Below, piece by piece: positions 36,399 to 43,168 of a DNA stretch of 43,168 nucleotides. Below the pieces are notes generated by a model, which searched no databases, was not told the DNA's origin, and saw nothing but the letters and a program-made list of their open reading frames with translations. Source of the stretch: a virus (Duplodnaviria; Caudoviricetes); the IMG/VR virus record IMGVR_UViG_3300050162_000122, positions 1 to 43,168 of that record; one strand, given 5' to 3'. Within the stretch, counting starts at the first letter, position 1. The number at the start of each line of letters is the position of its first letter. The translations under genes and the position numbers were made by a program.

Positions 36399-36793
36399 AC
36401 AATATTCAATTTTGATGGCATTAATTTTATCTGATCGATTATGTTTTGCATTTCGCTATTATCATCACCCGCTCTATCAATTGCAGTCAAAATCAGCTCA
36501 AGCAACATATCCGAGTCTTCACCTAGCTGAATCTGGGTTTCGTCTTCTGATTCTCTAATGATCGCCTTGTAGTCAGACATTGCAAAAACCAAAGTCTTGT
36601 ATGGAGCAAAAAGTCTTTTCCACGTCTTTTTGCATTCGGAAAAATTGCTTGCAAGTTTAGAAACGTCTTTCTTGTCGATCAATCCCAATCTTTTCGAAAG
36701 ATCATTTTTTTGAGACCGGCACATTTCGGACATATCCATGAATATAAATTCAAGGTTGTTGTATAGTAGTAATTTTTGTTGTGTAAGTGTCAT
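36395..36793 (-). CDS. Hypothetical protein
   Basis: ATGA-coupled on both sides. Confidence 0.65.
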   Translation of the reverse strand: MTLTQQKLLLYNNLEFIFMDMSEMCRSQKNDLSKRLGLIDKKDVSKLASNFSECKKTWKRLFAPYKTLVFAMSDYKAIIRESEDETQIQLGEDSDMLLELILTAIDRAGDDNSEMQNIIDQIKLMPSKLNIV

Positions 36794-37362
36794 TTCATTT
36801 TTCTCCTTTCAAATTCTTTATACGCATTTTCCAAATTAGATACTGATTCATCTGCGTAGTTTCTGCTGGCGTTGTATGAGCTTTCTTCTGCTGCGTTTAG
36901 TCTGTCTGAGGTATATTTGTTTAACCACGACAAAATAACGCTAGAATCGAGCCTGAATATGCCCTTATCATACCTTCCTGCCTTTGCGTTATTGAAGCAT
37001 AATCTGAAATCTTCGATATTAAGCCAGTAGTATTGATCTATTATGTCGTTAATGAGTTCGGCAACCTGATCCTTATCCATTGTCTGCCCCAGGTTGAATG
37101 ATTGAGTTAAGTCTCCGATAATTACCGACATTATCGCCCTTACTGCTATTTCCCCATTCGTTCCGTATGTTTTTCGATAAGTGGCCAGCGACGGGGTTAT
37201 AGATAAAAAAACGTCATTGAATGTTTTCGGGCACAAGGTTTTGTAATACTGACGTGGCCATCTCTGTAAGATCGGATACACTTCTTCTTTTACTTTCGGC
37301 ATTAACTCCTGAGGTATTCTTCCAATTTGAGTTATCTGTTGTTCGTACTTCTGTATTTCCAT
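36790..37362 (-). CDS. Putative helicase loader / lambda P-position replication protein
   Basis: Follows the initiator; YYWLNIEDFRLCFNNAKAGRY motif. Confidence 0.55.
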   Translation of the reverse strand: MEIQKYEQQITQIGRIPQELMPKVKEEVYPILQRWPRQYYKTLCPKTFNDVFLSITPSLATYRKTYGTNGEIAVRAIMSVIIGDLTQSFNLGQTMDKDQVAELINDIIDQYYWLNIEDFRLCFNNAKAGRYDKGIFRLDSSVILSWLNKYTSDRLNAAEESSYNASRNYADESVSNLENAYKEFERRKMK

Positions 37363-38050
37363 TTGATTTTAGCCATTTTTGATATTGTTCATCAGTGTCA
37401 GGATAAGTTACTCCCTGCCATCCATTCTCAATTGCCTTATTCATTAGCATTATTGCGAATTCTTCTTTGTATTTTCCAAGTGAATTTAACGCAAGCTGCA
37501 AAGAGTGCTCTATTTTCTTTTTCCATTTTGGAGTTGAAATAAGAATTCCCCATGTTTGAAGAAATTCGTTTGAAAAAAAAGGATATGATAATTCATCGGT
37601 TTTTGCCTTTTTTGTCGACTTTCCTTTTTCCCCTGTACCCCTTTTTTCTTTCTTATTTATATCTTCAATTACAATTTCATTTTCAATTTCCATATGTTGA
37701 TCATATGTTTTCATATGTTTTTCATATGTTTTTTGATTTTGATTGCTTTCTTTATTGGGTTTTTTACGGTTGTTTCTACGTGACTCACTGTAATTCCGAC
37801 GCTTAACTATGCTATCGGCAACCCATTTAATCTGAAAACCTCCGTCCACTTCAGAAAGGGTGAACATTAATTCTGTTTTTTCATCATCACTGAGTCTCTT
37901 TGTAAAAAAATTTATTTGCTGCTGTGAAATACATATGTTTCTCATATGTTCACACATGATACGATCATATGCGACCTGAGAATTCTCACTTAAACACTGC
38001 GTATCTCGGAGGTAATCGCCCGGGTAGAAAATAAATCCAGGATCGTCCAT
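37214..38050 (-). CDS. Replication initiator (DUF1376/YdaU-like N-terminus)
   Basis: DPGFIFYPGDYL start; internal iterons; AIENGWQG C-terminal domain. Confidence 0.8.
   Translation of the reverse strand: MDDPGFIFYPGDYLRDTQCLSENSQVAYDRIMCEHMRNICISQQQINFFTKRLSDDEKTELMFTLSEVDGGFQIKWVADSIVKRRNYSESRRNNRKKPNKESNQNQKTYEKHMKTYDQHMEIENEIVIEDINKKEKRGTGEKGKSTKKAKTDELSYPFFSNEFLQTWGILISTPKWKKKIEHSLQLALNSLGKYKEEFAIMLMNKAIENGWQGVTYPDTDEQYQKWLKSNGNTEVRTTDNSNWKNTSGVNAESKRRSVSDLTEMATSVLQNLVPENIQ
37691..37730. repeat. Origin iterons (CATATGTT x4)
   Basis: 10-11 bp periodicity in the initiator linker; two more copies at 37932-37950. Confidence 0.8.
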
Positions 38051-38053
38051 AAT

Positions 38054-38386
38054 CTAAAACTTATAAGTTGATTCAAAAAATATGCCCTTTTCGAGCAAAA
38101 GGGCATGCTCAGCCTCCCGAACACACCCTTTCGATAACTTCCATCCTTCACACAAATAAACTCCGTCACAGTCCTCTAAATTGTTCAAATCCTCTCGCAT
38201 GTAATCATCATGCGTTGGGTCACATTTTCCAATAAGATTAAATGACTTTTTGAGCCTATCTCCCAGATCGAATGGGTTTATAACAGAAAAGCCCTTTTGT
38301 TCAAATTCATTTTGAATTTCAAGGGCTTTTAATCTCTGCTTTAGCTCGCATTTACCAGTAATTGGTATTGATATGTAGATTGTCAT
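38054..38386 (-). CDS. DUF4406 / nucleoside deoxyribosyltransferase-like protein
   Basis: IYISIPITG...VINP...CDGVYLCEGWKLSKGCVREAEHA. Confidence 0.85.
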   Translation of the reverse strand: MTIYISIPITGKCELKQRLKALEIQNEFEQKGFSVINPFDLGDRLKKSFNLIGKCDPTHDDYMREDLNNLEDCDGVYLCEGWKLSKGCVREAEHALLLEKGIFFESTYKF

Positions 38387-40914
38387 GCTATATCCTCCAA
38401 GTCAAATAAAGTAGGTGCATTCATGTCATTTTCTGCTTTTCTCAGATAGAATAAACTATCTCTGAAGCTTTCAGGATTCAACTCTGTTGACATTCCACGA
38501 CGCCCCATTAATAAGGCTCTGTATGGTGTAGTTCCTAATCCACCGAACGGGTCAAATACTAAATCACCTTTGTTTGAGAAGCGGTTAATCAATCTATCTA
38601 CAATATCGAATTGGAGAGGGCAAATGTGCATATTAAGCTTCTTATTGCTTTGTGCAGAGTTCAATGTGAGCATACGATTGACGTCATCCCAAATAAAGAA
38701 ACTTCTGGCCGGAATATCCAGCGTCTGAAATGTTGCAGGCAGTTTATTTGCAGCTTCCATTTCTTTGGCAATAGTTACGTGTTTTTCGTAATTATAGACC
38801 TCTTCTGACATGTATTCGCTAAAATACCTGTTTATCTTGTCGATTGGTAGCGCCTTAATTTCTTCGGTAGCTAGAAATCTGTTACCTGAACTATTCCACT
38901 TTGCACGGGCATCAATCTGCCATTGTCCACGTGGATAATCCTGTTTTGTCTTTACTACAGGTTCATCTGCATAAGCCTTTGAAGTATCTGTTGGAAGTTT
39001 GCGGAAAAGAAGCACATACTCAGGGCAACCAACGCCCATTTTTGAGCCGTCTTTTGTTTGTTCTGTCCAACCCAAACGATAAGTTTGATTATTCTCCCTT
39101 ACAACATCTGTTTCAACGGTTATTCTACCGAAATAGCGAAATCCATGTTTAAGAAAATGCATAACTGTAAGGTCGCTGAATGGGTCGAGAGTTGGCATCC
39201 CATCTCCGGTTGCATTACCAAACAAGATTCTGTCCTTAACGTGTATTGCAGCAACTCGACCAGGCTTTAAAATTCTTAGAAGTTCGGGAGTCAAGAAATC
39301 CATTTGTTCAAAGAAATGACCATTGTCATCAGTATGTCCGAAATCATTGTATGTAGGAGTGTATTCGTAATGATTTGAGAATGGTATTGAAGTTACAACC
39401 AAATCAACGCTGTTTTCTTTCATTGTTTGAGTTTCCAATACACAATCATTTTGATATACTGTCCAGCCGTTACCGGATTCTACACGACGTTCAATTCCCA
39501 GTGTTCTGAGTAGTTTTTGCTCTACGTTTGTAGAGGACAATCCGTTTTCTTTTATAATTTTTGTCATTTGCTTAACTAAGTGATTATGTTGTTTCCACTT
39601 CTTTTCGAGAACCTTCAGGATTTCGCTTTCAGATTCTGCATAAATGATATGAATTTCAGCTTTATGGGTTTGCTGAAATCTGTAAATGCGGTGTATTGCC
39701 TGAATAAATGAGTTAAATTCATATCCAATACCTAAGAATATAGCTTTATGACAGTGGTATTGAAAATTACAACCTTGTCCGCTAATTTCCGGCTTTGTGG
39801 CTATGTATTGAATTTTTCCCTGTGAGAAATCAATAATATTTTGTTCTCTTTTCTCCATGTCCTGAGATCCGTAAACCTCGCAAATATCATATTCTGAACG
39901 TGGCATTGACTGCATGATTGAATGTCGTTCATTTTCGAGATCGTGCCAAATGATATAATGGCTATCTCTGTCAGAATCTATAATCTCTTTCATTTTTAAA
40001 ATTCGATTATCGAGACTATCTCGCTTCTCCCTTGCTGCGTCTTTTAATCCAAGAGCTGCATCTCTGAACATTTTAGTCTGTCCGTCTTGCTCACTACCTG
40101 CCGAATCATGATCTACTTTAACCATGTGATAAATAATCTCCATTTCGGGCAAAGCATATCCTTCATCTGAGTATCCCAAGTCAGAAGGGTTTGTAATAAG
40201 CAAAGCCCACGTCGACATCCACAGCCAGAACTCCTGTTCTTTATGTGGGTGAATAGTCAGATTATTAGCTTGTGTAGAATCACGTTTGAAAAAGCGTGTC
40301 AAGGCTTGTCCGGTGTCCATTATTTCCAAATATCCGGCATAATGTATCAATTCTTTATACTTATTTGGGGAAGGTGTGGCGGTGCAAACATATTTGTATT
40401 TAACACCTTTGAATTTTTCAAGAAACGTCTGATATGTTTTAGAGCCATAAGATCGCAAAACAGAAGCTTCATCAAGGCTTGTTACAGCAAAGTATTTGGG
40501 GTCAATACCGCAGTCTCTTACACGCTCATAATTGGTTATACAAATTGAGCCTTCAGGTAGTTTTTCGGCATCTGACATTGTTTTGATATAATGAACTTCG
40601 ATACTAAGTTTGTTTTTGGCATCATTTGTAAATTCCTGTCTTACTCCCAAGGGGCAAACAATCAAAGATTTTCCACCTATATGTTCGGTAATGACTTGAC
40701 AAATCAACAACTGTTGAATAGTTTTTCCCAACCCAAAGCTTTCGAACAAAGCGCGTCTACCTCCTTGGATTGCCCAGTTAATGGCATCTCGTTGGTGTGG
40801 CTTTAAGACTGTGCCGTCCTTGAATTCGATTAACCCAATTTCTATATTAAGCCCTGATTGTGGAGCTATATATACTTTCTTTTTCAGGAACTCAATGTAC
40901 TTGTCACTTTTCAT
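38383..40914 (-). CDS. SNF2-like helicase fused to an N4/N6 DNA methyltransferase
   Basis: GLGKT, LDEAS, TATP and QAIHRIYR helicase motifs; VTSIPF and DPFGGLGT methyltransferase motifs. Confidence 0.9.
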   Translation of the reverse strand: MKSDKYIEFLKKKVYIAPQSGLNIEIGLIEFKDGTVLKPHQRDAINWAIQGGRRALFESFGLGKTIQQLLICQVITEHIGGKSLIVCPLGVRQEFTNDAKNKLSIEVHYIKTMSDAEKLPEGSICITNYERVRDCGIDPKYFAVTSLDEASVLRSYGSKTYQTFLEKFKGVKYKYVCTATPSPNKYKELIHYAGYLEIMDTGQALTRFFKRDSTQANNLTIHPHKEQEFWLWMSTWALLITNPSDLGYSDEGYALPEMEIIYHMVKVDHDSAGSEQDGQTKMFRDAALGLKDAAREKRDSLDNRILKMKEIIDSDRDSHYIIWHDLENERHSIMQSMPRSEYDICEVYGSQDMEKREQNIIDFSQGKIQYIATKPEISGQGCNFQYHCHKAIFLGIGYEFNSFIQAIHRIYRFQQTHKAEIHIIYAESESEILKVLEKKWKQHNHLVKQMTKIIKENGLSSTNVEQKLLRTLGIERRVESGNGWTVYQNDCVLETQTMKENSVDLVVTSIPFSNHYEYTPTYNDFGHTDDNGHFFEQMDFLTPELLRILKPGRVAAIHVKDRILFGNATGDGMPTLDPFSDLTVMHFLKHGFRYFGRITVETDVVRENNQTYRLGWTEQTKDGSKMGVGCPEYVLLFRKLPTDTSKAYADEPVVKTKQDYPRGQWQIDARAKWNSSGNRFLATEEIKALPIDKINRYFSEYMSEEVYNYEKHVTIAKEMEAANKLPATFQTLDIPARSFFIWDDVNRMLTLNSAQSNKKLNMHICPLQFDIVDRLINRFSNKGDLVFDPFGGLGTTPYRALLMGRRGMSTELNPESFRDSLFYLRKAENDMNAPTLFDLEDIA

Positions 40915-41068
40915 AATAATCCATGCATTTAATTGGCGAGTGCTGCCATATTTGTTTCACTTTACACCAGACTTTAAAGTCTTGTATTATACCTCCGTTT
41001 TTGCAGTTTCTACAGTAGCAAACATTGGGTATTATTCTTTCTTTTTGTTCTTGGTTTTTCTTTGCCAT
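40904..41068 (-). CDS. 54-aa Cys-rich (zinc-binding?) protein missed by the ORF track
   Basis: MAKKNQEQKERIIPNVCYCRNCKNGG...WCKVK...KCMDYYEK*; overlaps the helicase start. Confidence 0.7.
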   Translation of the reverse strand: MAKKNQEQKERIIPNVCYCRNCKNGGIIQDFKVWCKVKQIWQHSPIKCMDYYEK

Positions 41069-41072
41069 GTCT

Positions 41073-41106
41073 TTAAAGAAATACCCCGAGCTGAATTGCT
41101 CGGGGC
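41073..41106 (-). terminator. Terminator-like hairpin closing the RNA cluster
   Basis: CCCCGAGC-AATTCA-GCTCGGGG followed by TATTTCTTT. Confidence 0.7.
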
Positions 41107-41161
41107 ATGGTTCCCACTTGCAGACTGTTCCTGCCTGCCAATCCTCTTGTGGGTGATTGTG

Positions 41162-41262
41162 TGATGTAGATCGGATTTGAACCGATGACCTGTTGGTTGG
41201 GGGCGACTTACCTAATCTGCACCCTTAATTTCAATCGCTCTACCTGGCTGAGCTACTACACC
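41162..41262 (-). tRNA. tRNA-like RNA (101 nt) with a 34-nt structured anticodon loop; no assignable anticodon
   Basis: GGTGTAG/CTACATC acceptor stem, TA-GCTC-AGCCAGGTA-GAGC D-arm, AGGTC variable loop, ATCGG-TTCAAAT-CCGAT T-arm. Confidence 0.85.
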
Positions 41263-41263
41263 G

Positions 41264-41302
41264 TTACCTCGAAGCGAAAGTGCGACCAAACGCCCCGGGT
41301 AA
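41264..41302 (-). ncRNA. Hairpin displaying loop TTTGGTCGCACTTT, putative antisense RNA
   Basis: TTACC-CGGGGCG / CGCTTCG-A-GGTAA stem; its two G-U pairs form only on the minus strand. Confidence 0.65.
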
Positions 41303-41305
41303 TAT

Positions 41306-41665
41306 TTAAAAAGGAAGATCGTCAACCTGTGGCGAAAAATTACTTGTAGCACTTGGCTGCATTTCTGCTTTTTTAATCGGTTTTACACCTCCGATAATAG
41401 GGATAGCGTTTTTTTGCTCGTCGGTTAATGTTTCATATATTTCCTTTGGAATGCTTTGTTTGATGAAGTGAGAATCATCATACTTTTGCTCTTTGAATTC
41501 AAGAGCTGTTGCATCAAGATAAACTCCTTTTTCACCGACGAATAGTCCAGCATCTTCTACTGGTATTACTATGCAAGGTTTTTGTTCGCCAGACCTTCCG
41601 GTTAGTTTAGTGAAGATGGCGCCAGGTATTCTGGTTAAATTGATTTTTATTGCTAAGTTGCTCAT
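41306..41665 (-). CDS. SSB-like protein
   Basis: Beta-rich core with acidic DDLPF tail. Confidence 0.7.
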   Translation of the reverse strand: MSNLAIKINLTRIPGAIFTKLTGRSGEQKPCIVIPVEDAGLFVGEKGVYLDATALEFKEQKYDDSHFIKQSIPKEIYETLTDEQKNAIPIIGGVKPIKKAEMQPSATSNFSPQVDDLPF

Positions 41666-41925
41666 TTTTTATGTGCTTTTTGATGGCAATGCTCGCACAA
41701 TAGGACTAAGCAGTCCAAATTATCAAGCTCTTTGCCAACGATTGATACTCCATTTTTCTTATATGTGATGTGGTGAACTTCAAGATTATAATCCTGATCG
41801 CAATCACGGCATTTATGTTTATCCCGAATCCTTATTTGTCGTTTCACTTCGTTCCAGTATGGATTTTGTTTAAGGCTCGACCGATATTTAGTCGGTCGGC
41901 CTTTTTTATGCTGAAGCCGTGACAT
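41662..41925 (-). CDS. HNH endonuclease
   Basis: RDKHKCRDC...LEVHH...LCEHCHQKAH. Confidence 0.9.
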   Translation of the reverse strand: MSRLQHKKGRPTKYRSSLKQNPYWNEVKRQIRIRDKHKCRDCDQDYNLEVHHITYKKNGVSIVGKELDNLDCLVLLCEHCHQKAHKK

Positions 41926-42536
41926 TATTCTTCGGGTTCAAGTTCCTGCACTTCTTCCGGTATTTGTTCTGCTGGCTTGATTGCGCTTGCCTCAATTCCG
42001 TAATTTTCTTTGAAAAATTTGGCATTTTTAGTCGATGAATTGAACACGTCGTTTCGCTCCCAACTTGGTATTTGTCGAACGCACGCAAGCTTAAACTTAT
42101 CATTCACCCACGAATAATACAGGTAGTTTTCACCTACAGGGATTCTAAATGTTTCTCCAAATTTTAGGTTCATCTTCTTTGTGCCGATTCGAACCTGTGA
42201 TACAAGATCGTCGATTTCTGTTGATACGGCTGAGTACTTGGCCTTAGCCTCTTTTATTTTTGCTTTACTTTCGGCAATAATAGCTTCAAGTTCGGAGCTT
42301 AAACGTGGCTTTTTGCTTTCAAGCAAAATTTGATACTCGTCTCGAATCCATTCTTTTTCGTTGTCATCGAGTAGTCTTATGGCAACAGTATCTTTCTCCT
42401 GTATTGCGATAAGTTTTTCAGCTATAGCCTGCCTTACATCTTCTACAGACATAAGGTCTTCGAAAATAGCTGGCGGAAATCCTAATTGTTCAGGAACATC
42501 AAACTTGACGTCCTGAGGTAAATAATCTTCTTTCAT
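41925..42536 (-). CDS. Hypothetical early protein
   Basis: 203-aa ORF coupled to the HNH gene. Confidence 0.7.
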   Translation of the reverse strand: MKEDYLPQDVKFDVPEQLGFPPAIFEDLMSVEDVRQAIAEKLIAIQEKDTVAIRLLDDNEKEWIRDEYQILLESKKPRLSSELEAIIAESKAKIKEAKAKYSAVSTEIDDLVSQVRIGTKKMNLKFGETFRIPVGENYLYYSWVNDKFKLACVRQIPSWERNDVFNSSTKNAKFFKENYGIEASAIKPAEQIPEEVQELEPEE

Positions 42537-42547
42537 ATTTATTCATT

Positions 42548-43168
42548 TTATGTAAAAAATTCCTTAAACGCATTGTGTCCGTATTCCCCTTTGGTTACTT
42601 CGATTATCTCTGATACTGTATATTTTTCAAGTCGTTCTACTAATCTATTAGATACGAAATCCTTAGTTCCAAAAGTACACGCCCCGGTTATTACTCGGTA
42701 GCATTCTATCGATTCTTCAAAAGTCAATTCGCTGTCCATTTTCAGATTTTTATAATCTGACTTATCTCGATTGGAAATCTTGAAAATCAAATCCTCTTTT
42801 GCCTCTTTAATAGTATGGCCGTGGGAGTATTTGCCATTTCCATCAGTGACAAGATATGATTCTTTGAGTTGTCCTATTTCCTGAATTTTGAACACATTTT
42901 GTTTGCAAGAAATAACCTTGGAAAAAATACCGTCAACTTTGATATATTTGTTATTTCTCCACGAGAAGAATGATTTTTCATTAATATTTCGATTAACCAT
43001 GCTTGTGTCGGTGATCTGCGTACCTTCTAGGTAGAGATGACCTCCCACCGTCAGCCCCTCGGGCAATGCTGTGATCTGGGTATTCTCAAGGTAGAGATGA
43101 CCTCCCACCGTCAGCCCCTCGGGCAATCCTGTGATCTGGGTATTCTCAAGGACTATATAACATCCCAC
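42548..43168 (-). CDS. C-terminal part of LRR-like repeat protein
   Basis: Repeats followed by HGHTIKEAKEDL...YRVITGACTFGTKDF domain; open at the window end. Confidence 0.9.
   Translation of the reverse strand: MGCYIVLENTQITGLPEGLTVGGHLYLENTQITALPEGLTVGGHLYLEGTQITDTSMVNRNINEKSFFSWRNNKYIKVDGIFSKVISCKQNVFKIQEIGQLKESYLVTDGNGKYSHGHTIKEAKEDLIFKISNRDKSDYKNLKMDSELTFEESIECYRVITGACTFGTKDFVSNRLVERLEKYTVSEIIEVTKGEYGHNAFKEFFT
43011..43168. repeat. 60-bp tandem repeat, same unit as at 1-162
   Basis: About 2.6 copies. Confidence 0.95.

Larger units (their letters stand above)
1..43168. mobile_element. Temperate Bacteroidota phage genome, near-complete and circularly permuted
   Basis: Integrase with internal attP, CI repressor, terminase/portal/capsid/tail, lysis and replication genes. 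The same gene and repeat are present at both window ends. Confidence 0.95.

Noticed and set aside
41196-41230. Group I or II intron in the tRNA anticodon loop
   Set aside because: 27 nt is far too short, and no exon junction restores a canonical loop with a paired stem.
43011-43168. Repeat variation as a DGR TR/VR pair
   Set aside because: No reverse transcriptase in the genome, and the differences are not restricted to adenines (e.g. TAT/CAT).

Overview
Essentially one complete ~43 kb temperate siphovirus-like phage of a Bacteroidota host. The host call rests on TAnnTTTG promoters and an attP that copies the 3' half of tRNA-Arg(CCG). It is in the excised, circular configuration: both window ends fall inside one 60-bp tandem-repeat LRR-like gene. 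Modules: CI switch with three operators, integrase and attP, an accessory XRE cassette, lysis, tail fibres, head, TMP/tail-tip genes oddly placed between terminase and portal, replication, two DNA methyltransferases and RecE-type recombination. The most interesting signals are non-coding. (1) A tRNA mimic has a 27-nt insert in its anticodon loop. It is directly preceded by a hairpin whose loop is antisense to a motif (AAAGTGYGACAA) sitting right before three start codons, including the integrase. (2) A second tRNA-like RNA has a loop complementary to the start region of the first head-operon gene. (3) A conserved 47-bp bidirectional promoter element occurs at both late promoters, one copy driving an unannotated 45-aa ribbon-helix-helix protein. 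All functional calls come from reading motifs by eye; no database searches or folding programs were run.
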